Positions 1 through 10,806 are shown, numbered from the stretch's first letter. The stretch: 64,000 nucleotides of DNA from Minisyncoccota bacterium (GCA_041671485.1 JBAZBL010000006.1:6539-70538), one strand, 5' to 3'. Program-made: numbers and translations. The notes: generated by a model not told the origin, from the sequence alone.

Positions 1-2
1 CC

Positions 3-182
3 CTAGACGGTCTATCACTTATCGGAATAAATGATATTGCACTCAAAGTACATGAAGAAGCAATAGAATACGATAAAATATTTAGAGAACTATCCATGAA
101 ATGTACTGCCGAATTGGCACTCCTGTCTATGGATGATATCAAAGAGAGGCATTCTCGATTTCTTGTACGAGAATTTGTTTGA
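3..182 (+). CDS. 3' fragment of an unidentified gene (59 C-terminal codons ending in TGA)
   Basis: Open frame from the window edge reading ...LDGLSLIGINDIALKVHEEAIEYDK...RFLVREFV*. No recognisable motif. Confidence 0.25.
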   Translation, partial: LDGLSLIGINDIALKVHEEAIEYDKIFRELSMKCTAELALLSMDDIKERHSRFLVREFV

Positions 183-187
183 GTATC

Positions 188-1363
188 TTATTCTTTGACT
201 ATGTCTTTCTTGTCTGAATTCTCCGATTCTTCTGCCTCTGCTTCATCACCAAGGGCAGACTTGATATCTATTTTCCAACCAGTGAGTTTTGCAGCCAAGC
301 GTACATTTTGACCACCTTTGCCGATAGCTAGAGACTGTTCGTCTTCGGTAACTGTAACTATTGCCCTACGTTCTTCGTCTATGAGCTCCAAGGAGACTAC
401 CTCTGCAGGCGACAATGCTTCTTCGATAAATAAAGCTGGATCATCATTCCATTCGATAATATCTATCTTTTCGCCAGAAAGTTCGCTTGTGACAGTAGAT
501 ACTCTTACACCTCTTTGGCCTACTAGAGAGCCTATCGGATCGATATGTGGATCGTGAGAAACAACAGCTATTTTGGATCTAGAACCTGCTTCGCGAGCAA
601 TTGCTTTTATCTCAACCACGCCCTGTGCTATCTCTGGAGCTTCGGTTTCAAACAGTTTTGCCAAGAATTTGGGATGTGCTCGAGATAATTTCAAGACAAT
701 ACCTCTGGGGGATTCTTCTACAGCGTATAGGAATGCGCGGATACGGTCACCAGTCTTCCAGCGTTCTGTAGGTATTTGTTCATCATAAGATATGATGCCG
801 AGAGCGCGTCCCATATTTACGAAGACTGTACCACGTTCGACGCGCTCGACTATACCAGCAACAATCTCACCTTCCTTTTGTCCATATTCACTCATTACAG
901 ATACTTTTTCGGCTTCACGAATCTTTTGGATTATGACTTGTTTTGCAGTTTGTGCGGCAATACGGCCAAAATCTGCTTTGACTTCGAGAGGAAATACCAA
1001 TTCATCATTGATCTTTGCATCCTTCTTTATTTTTCTTGCATCTTCCAAGAGCATATGTTGTTCAGGATTGAAACGGATCTTTATATCTTCTACTTTAGTA
1101 TCTTTCAATTCATGATGTCCCATCTCTTCATCTCCTTCCATTATTACTTGATCTCTTTCAACTACGATCTTTACTTGCCAGAATTCTACAGTACCAGAAT
1201 TTGGATCAAATGAAGCGCGTATGATCTGTCCCTTTTTGCCATATTCTTTCTTGTATGCAGTTGCAAGAGACATGGCTATTGCTTCCAATGTTTTTTCACG
1301 CGGAATACCACGCTCTTCTTCGAGTTGCTCTACCACCGAATTGATCACTTTTAGGTCAAACAT
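188..1363 (-). CDS. nusA: Transcription termination/antitermination factor NusA
   Basis: 391 aa. NusA N-terminal domain, S1 domain, then two KH domains. The motifs GQRGVRV...GEKIDII and AIGKGGQNVRLA are typical of NusA. Confidence 0.9.
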   Translation of the reverse strand: MFDLKVINSVVEQLEEERGIPREKTLEAIAMSLATAYKKEYGKKGQIIRASFDPNSGTVEFWQVKIVVERDQVIMEGDEEMGHHELKDTKVEDIKIRFNPEQHMLLEDARKIKKDAKINDELVFPLEVKADFGRIAAQTAKQVIIQKIREAEKVSVMSEYGQKEGEIVAGIVERVERGTVFVNMGRALGIISYDEQIPTERWKTGDRIRAFLYAVEESPRGIVLKLSRAHPKFLAKLFETEAPEIAQGVVEIKAIAREAGSRSKIAVVSHDPHIDPIGSLVGQRGVRVSTVTSELSGEKIDIIEWNDDPALFIEEALSPAEVVSLELIDEERRAIVTVTEDEQSLAIGKGGQNVRLAAKLTGWKIDIKSALGDEAEAEESENSDKKDIVKE

Positions 1364-1410
1364 GATATTTGATTGTTATTTTATTGTTATTAAGTTTTTC
1401 GAACTTGTTT

Positions 1411-1427
1411 ACGAGGTCCGACCCCGT
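1411..1427. promoter_or_regulatory. 17-bp near-palindrome ACGAGGTCCGACCCCGT, copy 1 of 4; sits in the loop of a larger hairpin between divergent nusA and pilB
   Basis: The same 17-mer recurs at 10837, 31111 and 34141. Here it is flanked by the inverted repeats cgaacttgttt / aacaaacaagttcg. Confidence 0.4.
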
Positions 1428-1570
1428 AAGTTTTTAACAAACAAGTTCGCCGACTGGCGAACCCATATACAAATACAAGTATAGGGTATTTGAGAGATTC
1501 TGTCAAATCTCTATAAATATTTCAACAGGGCTTGTTATAGTAATACGTAATACACAAGCGTTTCCGCCTA

Positions 1571-3343
1571 TTGTCTGCTAAAATAGTATCAATGTTTGTC
1601 GAAGATACTCAACTTTATAAATTTATTCTCGATTCTGGTCTTGTCTCAAAGGAAGATCTCGATTTGGCCAAGAAAGAATCCGAGGAAAAGAACAAACACC
1701 TAGGTGATATTTTGGTTGCCCAAGGCAAGATTGGTGCTGACAACTTGCGACGTATGCAAGCATATACTCTAGGCATTCCTTTTGTTGATCTCAAAGATAA
1801 GAAAATTCCTTTTGATACACTTTCCCTCATACCAGAGCCAATAGCAAGAACGCACAATATAGTTGCTTTCAAAAAAACAGATACATCCCTAGAAGTGGCA
1901 ATGCTCGATGTCAATGATCTTTCTGCAATTGACTTTATAAAGAAAAAGGTTCGCCTCAAGATATTGGCTCGACTTACGGACTCTGATTCGATCAAAGAAG
2001 CTCTTGTTCAATATCAAAAGAGTTTGAAAGCGGAATTTGGAGATATTATACAAAAGGAAACAGAATCACTTCAGATGATATCAGAAAATAAAGGGAAAGA
2101 TGCTTCTTCACCTGAAGATCTGAAGAAAATAGCAGAGGATTTGCCGGTAGTTCGTATAGTAGATACTCTCATCAAGCATGCAATAATACAAAATGCTTCT
2201 GATATCCACATAGAGTCAATGGAAGAACAAGTACTTGTTCGATATAGGATAGACGGACTTTTGCATGATGCCATGATGCTTCCCAAGCAGGCAGGTCCAT
2301 CTATAACTGCACGTATCAAGGTGCTTTCAAACTTGAAACTCGATGAAAAGCGTTTACCACAAGATGGACGTTTCAAAGTTGATATGAATAAAGAGAAAGT
2401 ATCATTTCGTGTTTCTATATTGCCTACATATTATGGAGAAAAGACTGTTATGCGCTTATTGCGTGATAATATATCTGGTTTTACATTGGAATCTCTAAAT
2501 TTCCACGGAGAAGGATTGGATAGGATTCATAAAGCACTAAAGAATACAACAGGTATGATATTGACTACTGGACCAACCGGCTCTGGCAAGACCACAACTT
2601 TGTATACAATGTTGGACATATTGAATACAATAGATGTCAATATTTCTACGATAGAAGACCCTATAGAATACCAATTGGCAAGGATCAATCAGACACAGGT
2701 TCGTCCAGAAATAGGATTTTCATTTGCTCAAGGTATCCGTACTCTAGTCCGACAAGATCCAGATATAATAATGGTTGGTGAAATAAGAGACAATGAAACT
2801 GCCGCTCTCGCAGTCAATGCTTCACTTACAGGACACCTTGTCCTTTCTACATTACATACAAATTCTGCCGCAGGCGCTATACCTCGTTTGCTCGATATGA
2901 AAGTAGAGCCATTTCTCCTTGTTTCTACACTCGATATTGTTATTGGTCAACGTCTCGTACGCAGACTCACTGATACAAAAGAAAAATACAAATTATCAAA
3001 GGCTGAATTTGCACAATTGGAAAAGATAATTGATAAAGATCATGTTCTTTCTACATTGAAGGAAGACAAAATAATCAAACCAAGCGATTCTTGGGATGAT
3101 ATTCCTTTCTGGAGGGCAGTACCAGCCGGAGATGATGATGGTTTCAAGACCCGCGTTGGTATACATGAAGTTCTCCAGATGACACAAACTATCAAAGATC
3201 TCATAATGAAAAATGCAACAGCAAATGATATAGAAATACAAGCCAAGAAAGAAGGAATGTTGACTATGCTCGAAGACGGTATTTACAAATGCGTTGCAGG
3301 TATGACGACCATAGAAGAAGTATTGAGAGTTGTGACTGAATAA
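1571..3343 (+). CDS. pilB: Type IV pilus assembly ATPase PilB (GspE family)
   Basis: 590 aa. Walker A GPTGSGKTT, GspE N-domain, Asp box and His box are present. pilC follows directly. Confidence 0.9.
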   Translation: MSAKIVSMFVEDTQLYKFILDSGLVSKEDLDLAKKESEEKNKHLGDILVAQGKIGADNLRRMQAYTLGIPFVDLKDKKIPFDTLSLIPEPIARTHNIVAFKKTDTSLEVAMLDVNDLSAIDFIKKKVRLKILARLTDSDSIKEALVQYQKSLKAEFGDIIQKETESLQMISENKGKDASSPEDLKKIAEDLPVVRIVDTLIKHAIIQNASDIHIESMEEQVLVRYRIDGLLHDAMMLPKQAGPSITARIKVLSNLKLDEKRLPQDGRFKVDMNKEKVSFRVSILPTYYGEKTVMRLLRDNISGFTLESLNFHGEGLDRIHKALKNTTGMILTTGPTGSGKTTTLYTMLDILNTIDVNISTIEDPIEYQLARINQTQVRPEIGFSFAQGIRTLVRQDPDIIMVGEIRDNETAALAVNASLTGHLVLSTLHTNSAAGAIPRLLDMKVEPFLLVSTLDIVIGQRLVRRLTDTKEKYKLSKAEFAQLEKIIDKDHVLSTLKEDKIIKPSDSWDDIPFWRAVPAGDDDGFKTRVGIHEVLQMTQTIKDLIMKNATANDIEIQAKKEGMLTMLEDGIYKCVAGMTTIEEVLRVVTE

Positions 3344-3392
3344 TCTCAAATTTAAAGCTAATCCGCCGATAGGCAAATCAAATCTTATAAAT

Positions 3393-4613
3393 ATGGCACA
3401 CTTTGTATTCAAAGCAAAAAAAAGAGATGGTGAAATATATGAAGGTGAGCAAAATGCCACTGATCGATTTGAACTTTATAAACTCATACGAGAAGATGGC
3501 GGAGAGATAATATCTGTAAAAGAAAAAGGAGAAAAAGGCCGTATAATCAAAAACCTTTCAGCAATAAAATTATTTAATAGGGTAAAGACTATTGAAAAGA
3601 TCAATTTTGCACGGAATCTTGGTTCAATGCTCGAAGCGGGCCTTGCTCTATCTAGAGCCATATCTGTTTTGGAAAGACAGACAAACAATAAATTCTTTTC
3701 AAAAATAATCAATAACGTCAATACAGAGATCCGTAAAGGCACAACTTTTTCGGATTCATTGGCAAAACATCCAAAAGTATTTTCTCAATTGTTTATTTCG
3801 ATGGTTCATGCAGGAGAACAGTCTGGAACATTGGCAGAATCATTGAAAGTGGTATCTATACAGATGAACAATTCTTATACTCTCGAAAGGAGAGTGAGAG
3901 GTGCTCTCATCTATCCATCAATAATAGTTTTCATAATGGTTCTCATCGCTATCCTCATGTTTTTATTTGTTGTGCCAACACTTTTGAAAACATTTACAGA
4001 AATGAATGTCACATTACCTCTAACAACAAGGATTGTACTTGGTATAAGTGAAGCTTTTCAGAATTATGGCTTATTGATTCTCATTGCTTTCTTGGCCATA
4101 TCAGGCGGGCTTTATTGGTTTTCAAAACAATATATAGGCAAAAAGATTATACATTTGGGAATATTGAAAATACCAATCATTGGTTCTCTAGTGCAGGAGG
4201 TAAATGCGGCGCGTACAGCAAGAACATTGTCATCACTTCTAAAGGCCGGTGTTCCAGTCGTAGAATCAGTAAGTATCACTTCGGAAGTTGTGCAAAATAT
4301 ATATTTCAAAGCAGTTTTATGCAAAGCAGAAGAAACAATAAAAAAAGGTGAATTGATGTCACAAATATTCAATGAAAATTCAAAACTTTATCCTGTATTT
4401 ATGGCTGAAATGATGAGCGTTGGTGAAGAGACAGGACAGATTGCAGAGACTCTCATGAATGTAGCAACATATTATGAAAATGATGTTGAACAAAAAACAA
4501 AAGATATGTCTACGATTATCGAACCAGTACTCATGGTTATCATTGCAAGTGCGGTAGGATTCTTCGCAATATCTATGATATCTCCAATGTATTCATTGGT
4601 AGATGCAATATAA
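3393..4613 (+). CDS. pilC: Type IV pilus platform protein PilC (GspF family)
   Basis: 406 aa with two T2SS-F domains and three TM segments. Directly downstream of pilB. Confidence 0.9.
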   Translation: MAHFVFKAKKRDGEIYEGEQNATDRFELYKLIREDGGEIISVKEKGEKGRIIKNLSAIKLFNRVKTIEKINFARNLGSMLEAGLALSRAISVLERQTNNKFFSKIINNVNTEIRKGTTFSDSLAKHPKVFSQLFISMVHAGEQSGTLAESLKVVSIQMNNSYTLERRVRGALIYPSIIVFIMVLIAILMFLFVVPTLLKTFTEMNVTLPLTTRIVLGISEAFQNYGLLILIAFLAISGGLYWFSKQYIGKKIIHLGILKIPIIGSLVQEVNAARTARTLSSLLKAGVPVVESVSITSEVVQNIYFKAVLCKAEETIKKGELMSQIFNENSKLYPVFMAEMMSVGEETGQIAETLMNVATYYENDVEQKTKDMSTIIEPVLMVIIASAVGFFAISMISPMYSLVDAI

Positions 4614-6385
4614 TGAAAAAAGGATTTACTCTAGTTGAAGTGCTCGTCGGTTCTGCTGTTTTTGTGGTAGTAGCTATAGCGGCATATGGTGCTTATGCTG
4701 GCGTATTCAAACTAGCAAATCTAAATCAGATGAAAGTTATTGCTGTGCAACTAGCCAATGAACAGTTTGAAATTGCAAGGAATATGACATATGACGATAT
4801 TGGTATAGTGAACGGTATACCAAATGGCACTTTACAGGGTACACAAACACTTACAAGAGCTGGAATGACATTTACTGTTACTAAGATTGTGCGCAATATT
4901 GATTTGCCTACTGACGGACTCATAGGTGGTACACCAAATGATCTTACGCCAGCTGATAATAAATTGATGCAAATAACTGTATCCTGTGCATCCTGCCAGA
5001 ATTTTGGACCCATAGTTTTGTCTGGTCAGATTGCACCAAAAAATGTTGAAGCAGTTTCTACAAATGGTTCCTTGAGAATACAAGTTCTCGATGCAAGTGG
5101 AAATGGAGTTCCTAGTGCAACAGTACGTATAGAATATACAGCTACAACAAGCCCTGTAATAATAAATGATACAACAGATAATAGTGGAATATTGCAGATC
5201 ATAGACATTCCACCCGCTACAGCGGCCTACAATATATATATATCCAAATCAGGATATTCTAGTGATCGTACTTATGCACCTACTCCTCAAAATCCAAATC
5301 CAGACAAACCACCAGCTACGGTTGCTGCACAACAGTTGACTCAAATAAGTTTTGTTATTGATGAATTGAGCAAGCTTTCTTTCAGTAGTGTTACACCATC
5401 ATGTGAAATTGTTCCAAATTTTGATTTTAGTCTAAAGGGTGACAGATTGATAGGTCAAGAATTATCAAGATATTATGTCAATGTTTCAACTAATTCTTCT
5501 GGTATATTAAATATGGATCCTATAGAATGGGATTCCTATACAGTTACACCCAACGATGGTGCTTATGATCTTGCTGGTATCAATCCACTAAATCCTATAA
5601 GTTTAAACCCTGGTAGTACTCAATCAGTGCAATTGATAGCAATTCCTCAAAATACCAATAGTTTACTCTTTACGATCAAGGATAGTTCTACTGACCTACC
5701 ACTATCTGGTGTACTTGTTAAATTATATAGATCTGGGTCTTTGATAGGATCCAAAACTACTGGACAGGGTCATTTGGATCAAGCTGATTGGTCAGGTGGT
5801 GGAGGGCAGGTAGGATTTGTTGATTCAACAAAATATTGGAGTACAGATGGCAATATTGATACTTCATCTGGAGGAAATATTCTCTTGAGAAAAATATTTG
5901 AAAATTATAGTTCAAATGGAATGCTAGAATCATCTACTTTCAATACTGGTACATCTAGTAATTTCTACAATATATCTTGGAGTCCTGGTATACAACCATT
6001 AGTTACTGGACAGGATAGCGCGCGCTTGCAATTTGCTACAAGTCCATCTTCTACACCAGCAATATGGAATTTCTTTGGTCCAGATGGTACAGCGACAACT
6101 TATTATGTAAGTCCAGAATCACCAATCAACAATATACATAGTGGTGATCAATATGCACGTTATCGTGTATATCTTTCAACTATTACAGCGACATCAACAC
6201 CAAATATATCAAATATTTCTTTTACATATACATCCGATTGTATACCTCCTGGACAGGTCATATTTTCGGGTCTATCTAGTGGTACATATACAATAGAAGT
6301 ATCAAAAAGTGGATACTCTACATATTCGAGAGAAATATATCTGGAAAGTTCATGGCAAGAAGAGCAAGTCCTTCTTGGACCATAA
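4613..6385 (+). CDS. Giant prepilin-type protein (590 aa) with carboxypeptidase-regulatory-like beta-sandwich repeats
   Basis: N-terminus MKKGFTLVEVLVGSAVFVVVAIA matches the class III prepilin cleavage/methylation motif G|FTLVE. The C-terminal part has repeats such as RIQVLDASGNGVPSATVRIEY and SGTYTIEVSKSGYSTYS (CarboxypepD_reg-like). Confidence 0.7.
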   Translation: MKKGFTLVEVLVGSAVFVVVAIAAYGAYAGVFKLANLNQMKVIAVQLANEQFEIARNMTYDDIGIVNGIPNGTLQGTQTLTRAGMTFTVTKIVRNIDLPTDGLIGGTPNDLTPADNKLMQITVSCASCQNFGPIVLSGQIAPKNVEAVSTNGSLRIQVLDASGNGVPSATVRIEYTATTSPVIINDTTDNSGILQIIDIPPATAAYNIYISKSGYSSDRTYAPTPQNPNPDKPPATVAAQQLTQISFVIDELSKLSFSSVTPSCEIVPNFDFSLKGDRLIGQELSRYYVNVSTNSSGILNMDPIEWDSYTVTPNDGAYDLAGINPLNPISLNPGSTQSVQLIAIPQNTNSLLFTIKDSSTDLPLSGVLVKLYRSGSLIGSKTTGQGHLDQADWSGGGGQVGFVDSTKYWSTDGNIDTSSGGNILLRKIFENYSSNGMLESSTFNTGTSSNFYNISWSPGIQPLVTGQDSARLQFATSPSSTPAIWNFFGPDGTATTYYVSPESPINNIHSGDQYARYRVYLSTITATSTPNISNISFTYTSDCIPPGQVIFSGLSSGTYTIEVSKSGYSTYSREIYLESSWQEEQVLLGP

Positions 6386-6394
6386 TATAAAAAA

Positions 6395-7024
6395 ATGAAG
6401 TATAAACAATATTATAATAAAAATTATGGCATGACTCTTGTAGAAGTATTGGTTGCTCTTGCTATATTTGTAGTTATTATGGGTGCAGTTATTACATTTC
6501 AGATAAATGTATTTTCATATGAACGTACTGCTTCTGGATCTTTCATAACTGTTCAAGATGCACAAACTATATTGAAAGTTATGGGTAAAGAATTGCGTAT
6601 GGCTTCACAAGGAGGTGATGGTTCATATGCCATACAGGGAGCGAGCACAAGCACTGTTACTTTCTTTGCTGATATCAATAATGATAATAAAAAAGAAAAA
6701 GTTAAGTATTATTTTTCGAAAAGTACTTCATCTATACTAAAGACGACTACTTTACCAACAGGAAGTCCTGCGACATATAGTAATATAAACACTTCTACGA
6801 CTACTATTATGGTGAATGTTCGTAATGCTACATCAACACCAATGTTTGAATATTTCGATTCAGACTATAATGGTAGTGGAATAGCTTTGACACAACCAGT
6901 TGTAAATACTTCAATACGTTTGATCAGGGTCAATATTACATTGGATACAGATCCAAATAAACTACCAGAACCGAGAACATATTCAACACAAATAACACTC
7001 CGTAATCTAAAAGATAATTTATGA
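6395..7024 (+). CDS. Prepilin-type minor pilin
   Basis: 209 aa. GMTLVEVLVALAIFVVIMGAV N-terminal methylation motif. Confidence 0.7.
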   Translation: MKYKQYYNKNYGMTLVEVLVALAIFVVIMGAVITFQINVFSYERTASGSFITVQDAQTILKVMGKELRMASQGGDGSYAIQGASTSTVTFFADINNDNKKEKVKYYFSKSTSSILKTTTLPTGSPATYSNINTSTTTIMVNVRNATSTPMFEYFDSDYNGSGIALTQPVVNTSIRLIRVNITLDTDPNKLPEPRTYSTQITLRNLKDNL

Positions 7025-8457
7025 TTAGAATATATAATAAAGGAGATATTCTCGTTTCGGTTTTAGTCTTTTCTGCTATAGCAATTACTATCACTATAGG
7101 ACTTGTAAATTGGGGTTCTATATTATTGAAAAGTGTTCGTACTTTGGCAGATAAAGGACAAGCATTACAAATTGCCGAGGCCGGAATTGATTATTATCGA
7201 TGGCATCTAGCTCATATGCCAGAAGATTTCATGGATGGTACAGGACAAACTGGACCATATATTCATGAATTCAAAGATAAAGATGGCAATCTAATAGGTA
7301 CATATACTCTTACTATAACTCCTCCATCAATCGGTTCAACTGTTGTAACTATTGTCTCCAAAGGAGCGCTCAATTCAAATCCGAATATTACAAGAAGTAT
7401 CAAAGCTATATTGGCAATACCTTCTTGGGCTCAATATGCTAGTGTAGCAAATGATAATATGCGTTTTGGTTCTGGCACAGTAATTTATGGACCAGTACAT
7501 TCGAATAAAGGTATTCATTTCGATGGTATAACATATGGATTGATGTCGAGTGCTCTCACAACATATGTAGATCCCGATTATGGAGCCAATCGTTGGGCCG
7601 TTTATACGCTTACTAGTCCTTCTGATCCAAACCCTCCAACACCACTACCTTTGAAACCAAATATATTTACTGCAGGCCGTAAAATATCTGTACCAGCCGT
7701 TGATTTTACTGGGCTTACTGCCAATCTGGCTCAATTGAGAACTTTGGCCCAATCAAATGGTATTTATTTGAGTCAATCTCAATACAAAGGGAAATCAGCG
7801 CTAGGTTATCATATTACACTCAAAACCAATGATACTTTCGATGTTCGTGTAGTAACTGCTATAAATAATCCACCAAACAGTAGTTGTTGGAATCTTCTCA
7901 ATCAAAATCAGTGGAGTACATGGAGTATCAAAACCGAGCAATCAGCAGTCAACTATCCAATACCTACAAATGGTATTATCTTTGTGGAAGATAATGTTTG
8001 GGTAGACGGACAGATAAATACTGCAAGATTGACCATAGCAGCTGGGAAATTGCCAGATCCAGGAGCATCAAAATGGTCTAATATCATAATTAATAATGAT
8101 ATTTTGTATACAAATCATGATGGTAATGATGTGATCGGTCTTATTGCTCAAGGAGATGTAAATATCGGTCTTTCTAGTGCAAATAGTCTCGATATTGACG
8201 CAGCTCTTGTTGCACAAAATGGTCGTGTAGGGAGGAATTATTATTCATATTATTGCGGTTCTTCTTATATTCGATCAGATATAAATCTGTATGGCATGAT
8301 CGCTACAAATCAGCGATATGGTTTTGCATATACAGACGATACTGGTTATCGTGATAGGAATATATCTTATGATCCAAATCTCCTATATAGTCCACCACCG
8401 TCATTTCCACTCACATCGAGCTATTATTCTACATTATCTTGGCAAGAAATTAACTAG
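7021..8457 (+). CDS. PilX-like minor pilin / pilus-associated protein with N-terminal TM helix
   Basis: 478 aa. Hydrophobic N-terminus ILVSVLVFSAIAITITIGLV. Last gene of the pilB-pilC-pseudopilin operon. Confidence 0.5.
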   Translation: MIRIYNKGDILVSVLVFSAIAITITIGLVNWGSILLKSVRTLADKGQALQIAEAGIDYYRWHLAHMPEDFMDGTGQTGPYIHEFKDKDGNLIGTYTLTITPPSIGSTVVTIVSKGALNSNPNITRSIKAILAIPSWAQYASVANDNMRFGSGTVIYGPVHSNKGIHFDGITYGLMSSALTTYVDPDYGANRWAVYTLTSPSDPNPPTPLPLKPNIFTAGRKISVPAVDFTGLTANLAQLRTLAQSNGIYLSQSQYKGKSALGYHITLKTNDTFDVRVVTAINNPPNSSCWNLLNQNQWSTWSIKTEQSAVNYPIPTNGIIFVEDNVWVDGQINTARLTIAAGKLPDPGASKWSNIIINNDILYTNHDGNDVIGLIAQGDVNIGLSSANSLDIDAALVAQNGRVGRNYYSYYCGSSYIRSDINLYGMIATNQRYGFAYTDDTGYRDRNISYDPNLLYSPPPSFPLTSSYYSTLSWQEIN

Positions 8458-8503
8458 CTTATTGCTAACTGACGATATATTGTGATTATGCTAAAATGTC
8501 CCT

Positions 8504-9268
8504 ATGAGTAAAAAGCTTATAGTAGGCAATTGGAAGATGAATCCAGGAACATTGGTTGAGGCAAAGAAAATAGCTGGGAAGATAAAAAGAATATCCAAAA
8601 GACTTCAGAATTCAGAAGTAATCATATGTCCACCACTTCCTTTTATTACAAGTTGTGTTTCCAAGAAGAATACAAATAATTTTCATGTTGGTGTTCAGAC
8701 AGTATCTATAGAAAAGGAAGTTGGTCCATTTACTGGGGAAGTGAATGCAAAGATGATGAATAGTATAGGTGCAGAGTATGTAATAGTTGGACATTCTGAA
8801 GAAAGGAAGAGGGGCGATAGCAATGAAATAGTCTCAAAGAAATTGATAAATACTTTGGATGCTGGATTGATATCCATCGTCTGCATAGGAGAAAAAGTCC
8901 GTGACGAAGGAGGTTTATATCTAGAAGAATTAAAAAATCAAATAAAAGAAAGTATTGCAAATATACCAAAGAAATTTGCTAAAGATATAATTATTGCTTA
9001 TGAGCCAATATGGGCAACTGGAGCACAAGAGTCAATGGTGCCTGAACAAATATTTGAAATGTCACTTTTTGCAAAAAAGGCCTTTTCAGATATTTTTGGT
9101 GCCGAAAACGGTCTCAAAGTAAAAGTTTTGTATGGTGGGGCAGTGAACTTCCGGAATGCAGTAGATATCATAAATATAGGCAAGGTAAATGGACTTCTCA
9201 TAGGTCGTGAAAGCGTCAATACTCCAGGATTTATAGAGCTTATTAAGGCGGTGGATAAAATTGCATGA
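8504..9268 (+). CDS. tpiA: Triosephosphate isomerase
   Basis: LIVGNWKMN N-terminal signature, catalytic region AYEPIWAIGTG-like (AYEPIWATGA), GGAVN. Confidence 0.9.
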   Translation: MSKKLIVGNWKMNPGTLVEAKKIAGKIKRISKRLQNSEVIICPPLPFITSCVSKKNTNNFHVGVQTVSIEKEVGPFTGEVNAKMMNSIGAEYVIVGHSEERKRGDSNEIVSKKLINTLDAGLISIVCIGEKVRDEGGLYLEELKNQIKESIANIPKKFAKDIIIAYEPIWATGAQESMVPEQIFEMSLFAKKAFSDIFGAENGLKVKVLYGGAVNFRNAVDIINIGKVNGLLIGRESVNTPGFIELIKAVDKIA

Positions 9269-10398
9269 AATTTATCAAAGAAATTGAACACCTAGAAGGT
9301 GTGAAAGTACTTGTCCGCGTTGACTTCAATGTACCAATAAAAAATGGCATTGTTACAGAAGATCTACGTATCCGATCTGCATTAGGAACGATAGACTTTC
9401 TCACTTCAAAGGGTGCAAAAGTTATCCTCATCAGTCATATTGAAGTTTTGGATGGAGAAGATAATTCTCTAAAACCCATTGCAGAACGTCTCATTGATCT
9501 AGGAGAAAAAGTTGATTTTATACCAAATATTCGTGAAGCATATGACTTTATAGAAAATCATATGAAAAATGGTGAATGTATTCTCTTGGAAAATCTCCGT
9601 AAATTTGATGGTGAAAAGACAAATGAAGAGAAGTTTGCAAAAGAATTGGCGTCTCTAGGTGACATATTTGTAAATGAGGCCTTCCCAGCATGTCACAGAG
9701 AGCATGCTTCTATAGTTAGTGTGCCAAAATATTTACCAAGTTATGCAGGCCTACAGCTCGAAAAGGAAATTGCCAATCTATCACTCGCTTTCAATCCAGC
9801 ACATCCATTCCTTTTCATATTGGGAGGTGCAAAATTTGAGACAAAATTATCACTATTAGAAAGATTCATTACAGTTGCCGACAAAATATTTATAGGGGGT
9901 GCTTTGGCAAATGATTTCTTCAAAGCAAAGGGGTATGAGATAGGGCATTCTGTTGTATCAAAGGGTAATTTTGACTTATCTCCTTTTATAGGCAATACAA
10001 AGATAATGATTCCTACAGACGTAATGACAGAAAAAGGCGAGTATAAAGCATTAGATGGATTGGATAAGGATGATAAGATCGTAGATATTGGCCCAAAAAC
10101 TTTGGCTCTTTTGGAAGCAGAAGTAAATATAGCCAAATTTGTTTTGTGGAATGGTCCACTTGGTATATATGAAAAAGGATTTGATGGACCATCTATAGAA
10201 TTGGCAAAGACAATGGCAAATTTATCTTCTTCTGGTGCTACATCAATAGTAGGTGGAGGTGATACTATTGCTACGATAGAATCTCAAAATATTCAAGATA
10301 AATTTACTTTTCTTTCAACTGGAGGTGGTGCAATGCTTGAATTTTTGGCAAAGGGGAGTTTGCCTGGGATTGATGCTTTGAATAATTCAGATAAATAA
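9265..10398 (+). CDS. pgk: Phosphoglycerate kinase
   Basis: 377 aa. RVDFNVP N-terminus and conserved nucleotide-binding region. Start overlaps the tpiA stop (ATGA), consistent with translational coupling. Confidence 0.9.
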   Translation: MKFIKEIEHLEGVKVLVRVDFNVPIKNGIVTEDLRIRSALGTIDFLTSKGAKVILISHIEVLDGEDNSLKPIAERLIDLGEKVDFIPNIREAYDFIENHMKNGECILLENLRKFDGEKTNEEKFAKELASLGDIFVNEAFPACHREHASIVSVPKYLPSYAGLQLEKEIANLSLAFNPAHPFLFILGGAKFETKLSLLERFITVADKIFIGGALANDFFKAKGYEIGHSVVSKGNFDLSPFIGNTKIMIPTDVMTEKGEYKALDGLDKDDKIVDIGPKTLALLEAEVNIAKFVLWNGPLGIYEKGFDGPSIELAKTMANLSSSGATSIVGGGDTIATIESQNIQDKFTFLSTGGGAMLEFLAKGSLPGIDALNNSDK

Positions 10399-10419
10399 AT
10401 TTTTTGAGAGACAGAGACT

Positions 10420-10806
10420 TTATTTTTCTATATTTTTGGAGATTTTTTCTTTATTGCCAATAAAGTCTTTTGCATCGCCATTTATTTCTTTGTTTGGGAA
10501 TACCCATATATGAGCATGAGGTATTTCATCCCCAACTATTTTGCTAAGTATCCAGTCTGTATCAAATGCTTTCATTTGGGCTTTGGCGATTTTCTGTGCT
10601 ACCCCAAAGTATTCTCCTATATTTGGTGAATTACTATTATCACTCGGTATATCCCAAACCCAACGATAATGTTTTTTTGGTATTACTTGGGTATGACCTG
10701 GCGTATGTGGATTGATATCCAAAAATGCAATATAATTTTCATCTTCATAGACAATATGAGCAGGAATTTCTTTATTGGCAATTTTACAGAAAATGCAGTC
10801 TTCCAT
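10420..10806 (-). CDS. HIT-family (histidine triad) hydrolase
   Basis: 128 aa with the HIT motif HAHIWVFP (HxHxHxx). Confidence 0.8.
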   Translation of the reverse strand: MEDCIFCKIANKEIPAHIVYEDENYIAFLDINPHTPGHTQVIPKKHYRWVWDIPSDNSNSPNIGEYFGVAQKIAKAQMKAFDTDWILSKIVGDEIPHAHIWVFPNKEINGDAKDFIGNKEKISKNIEK

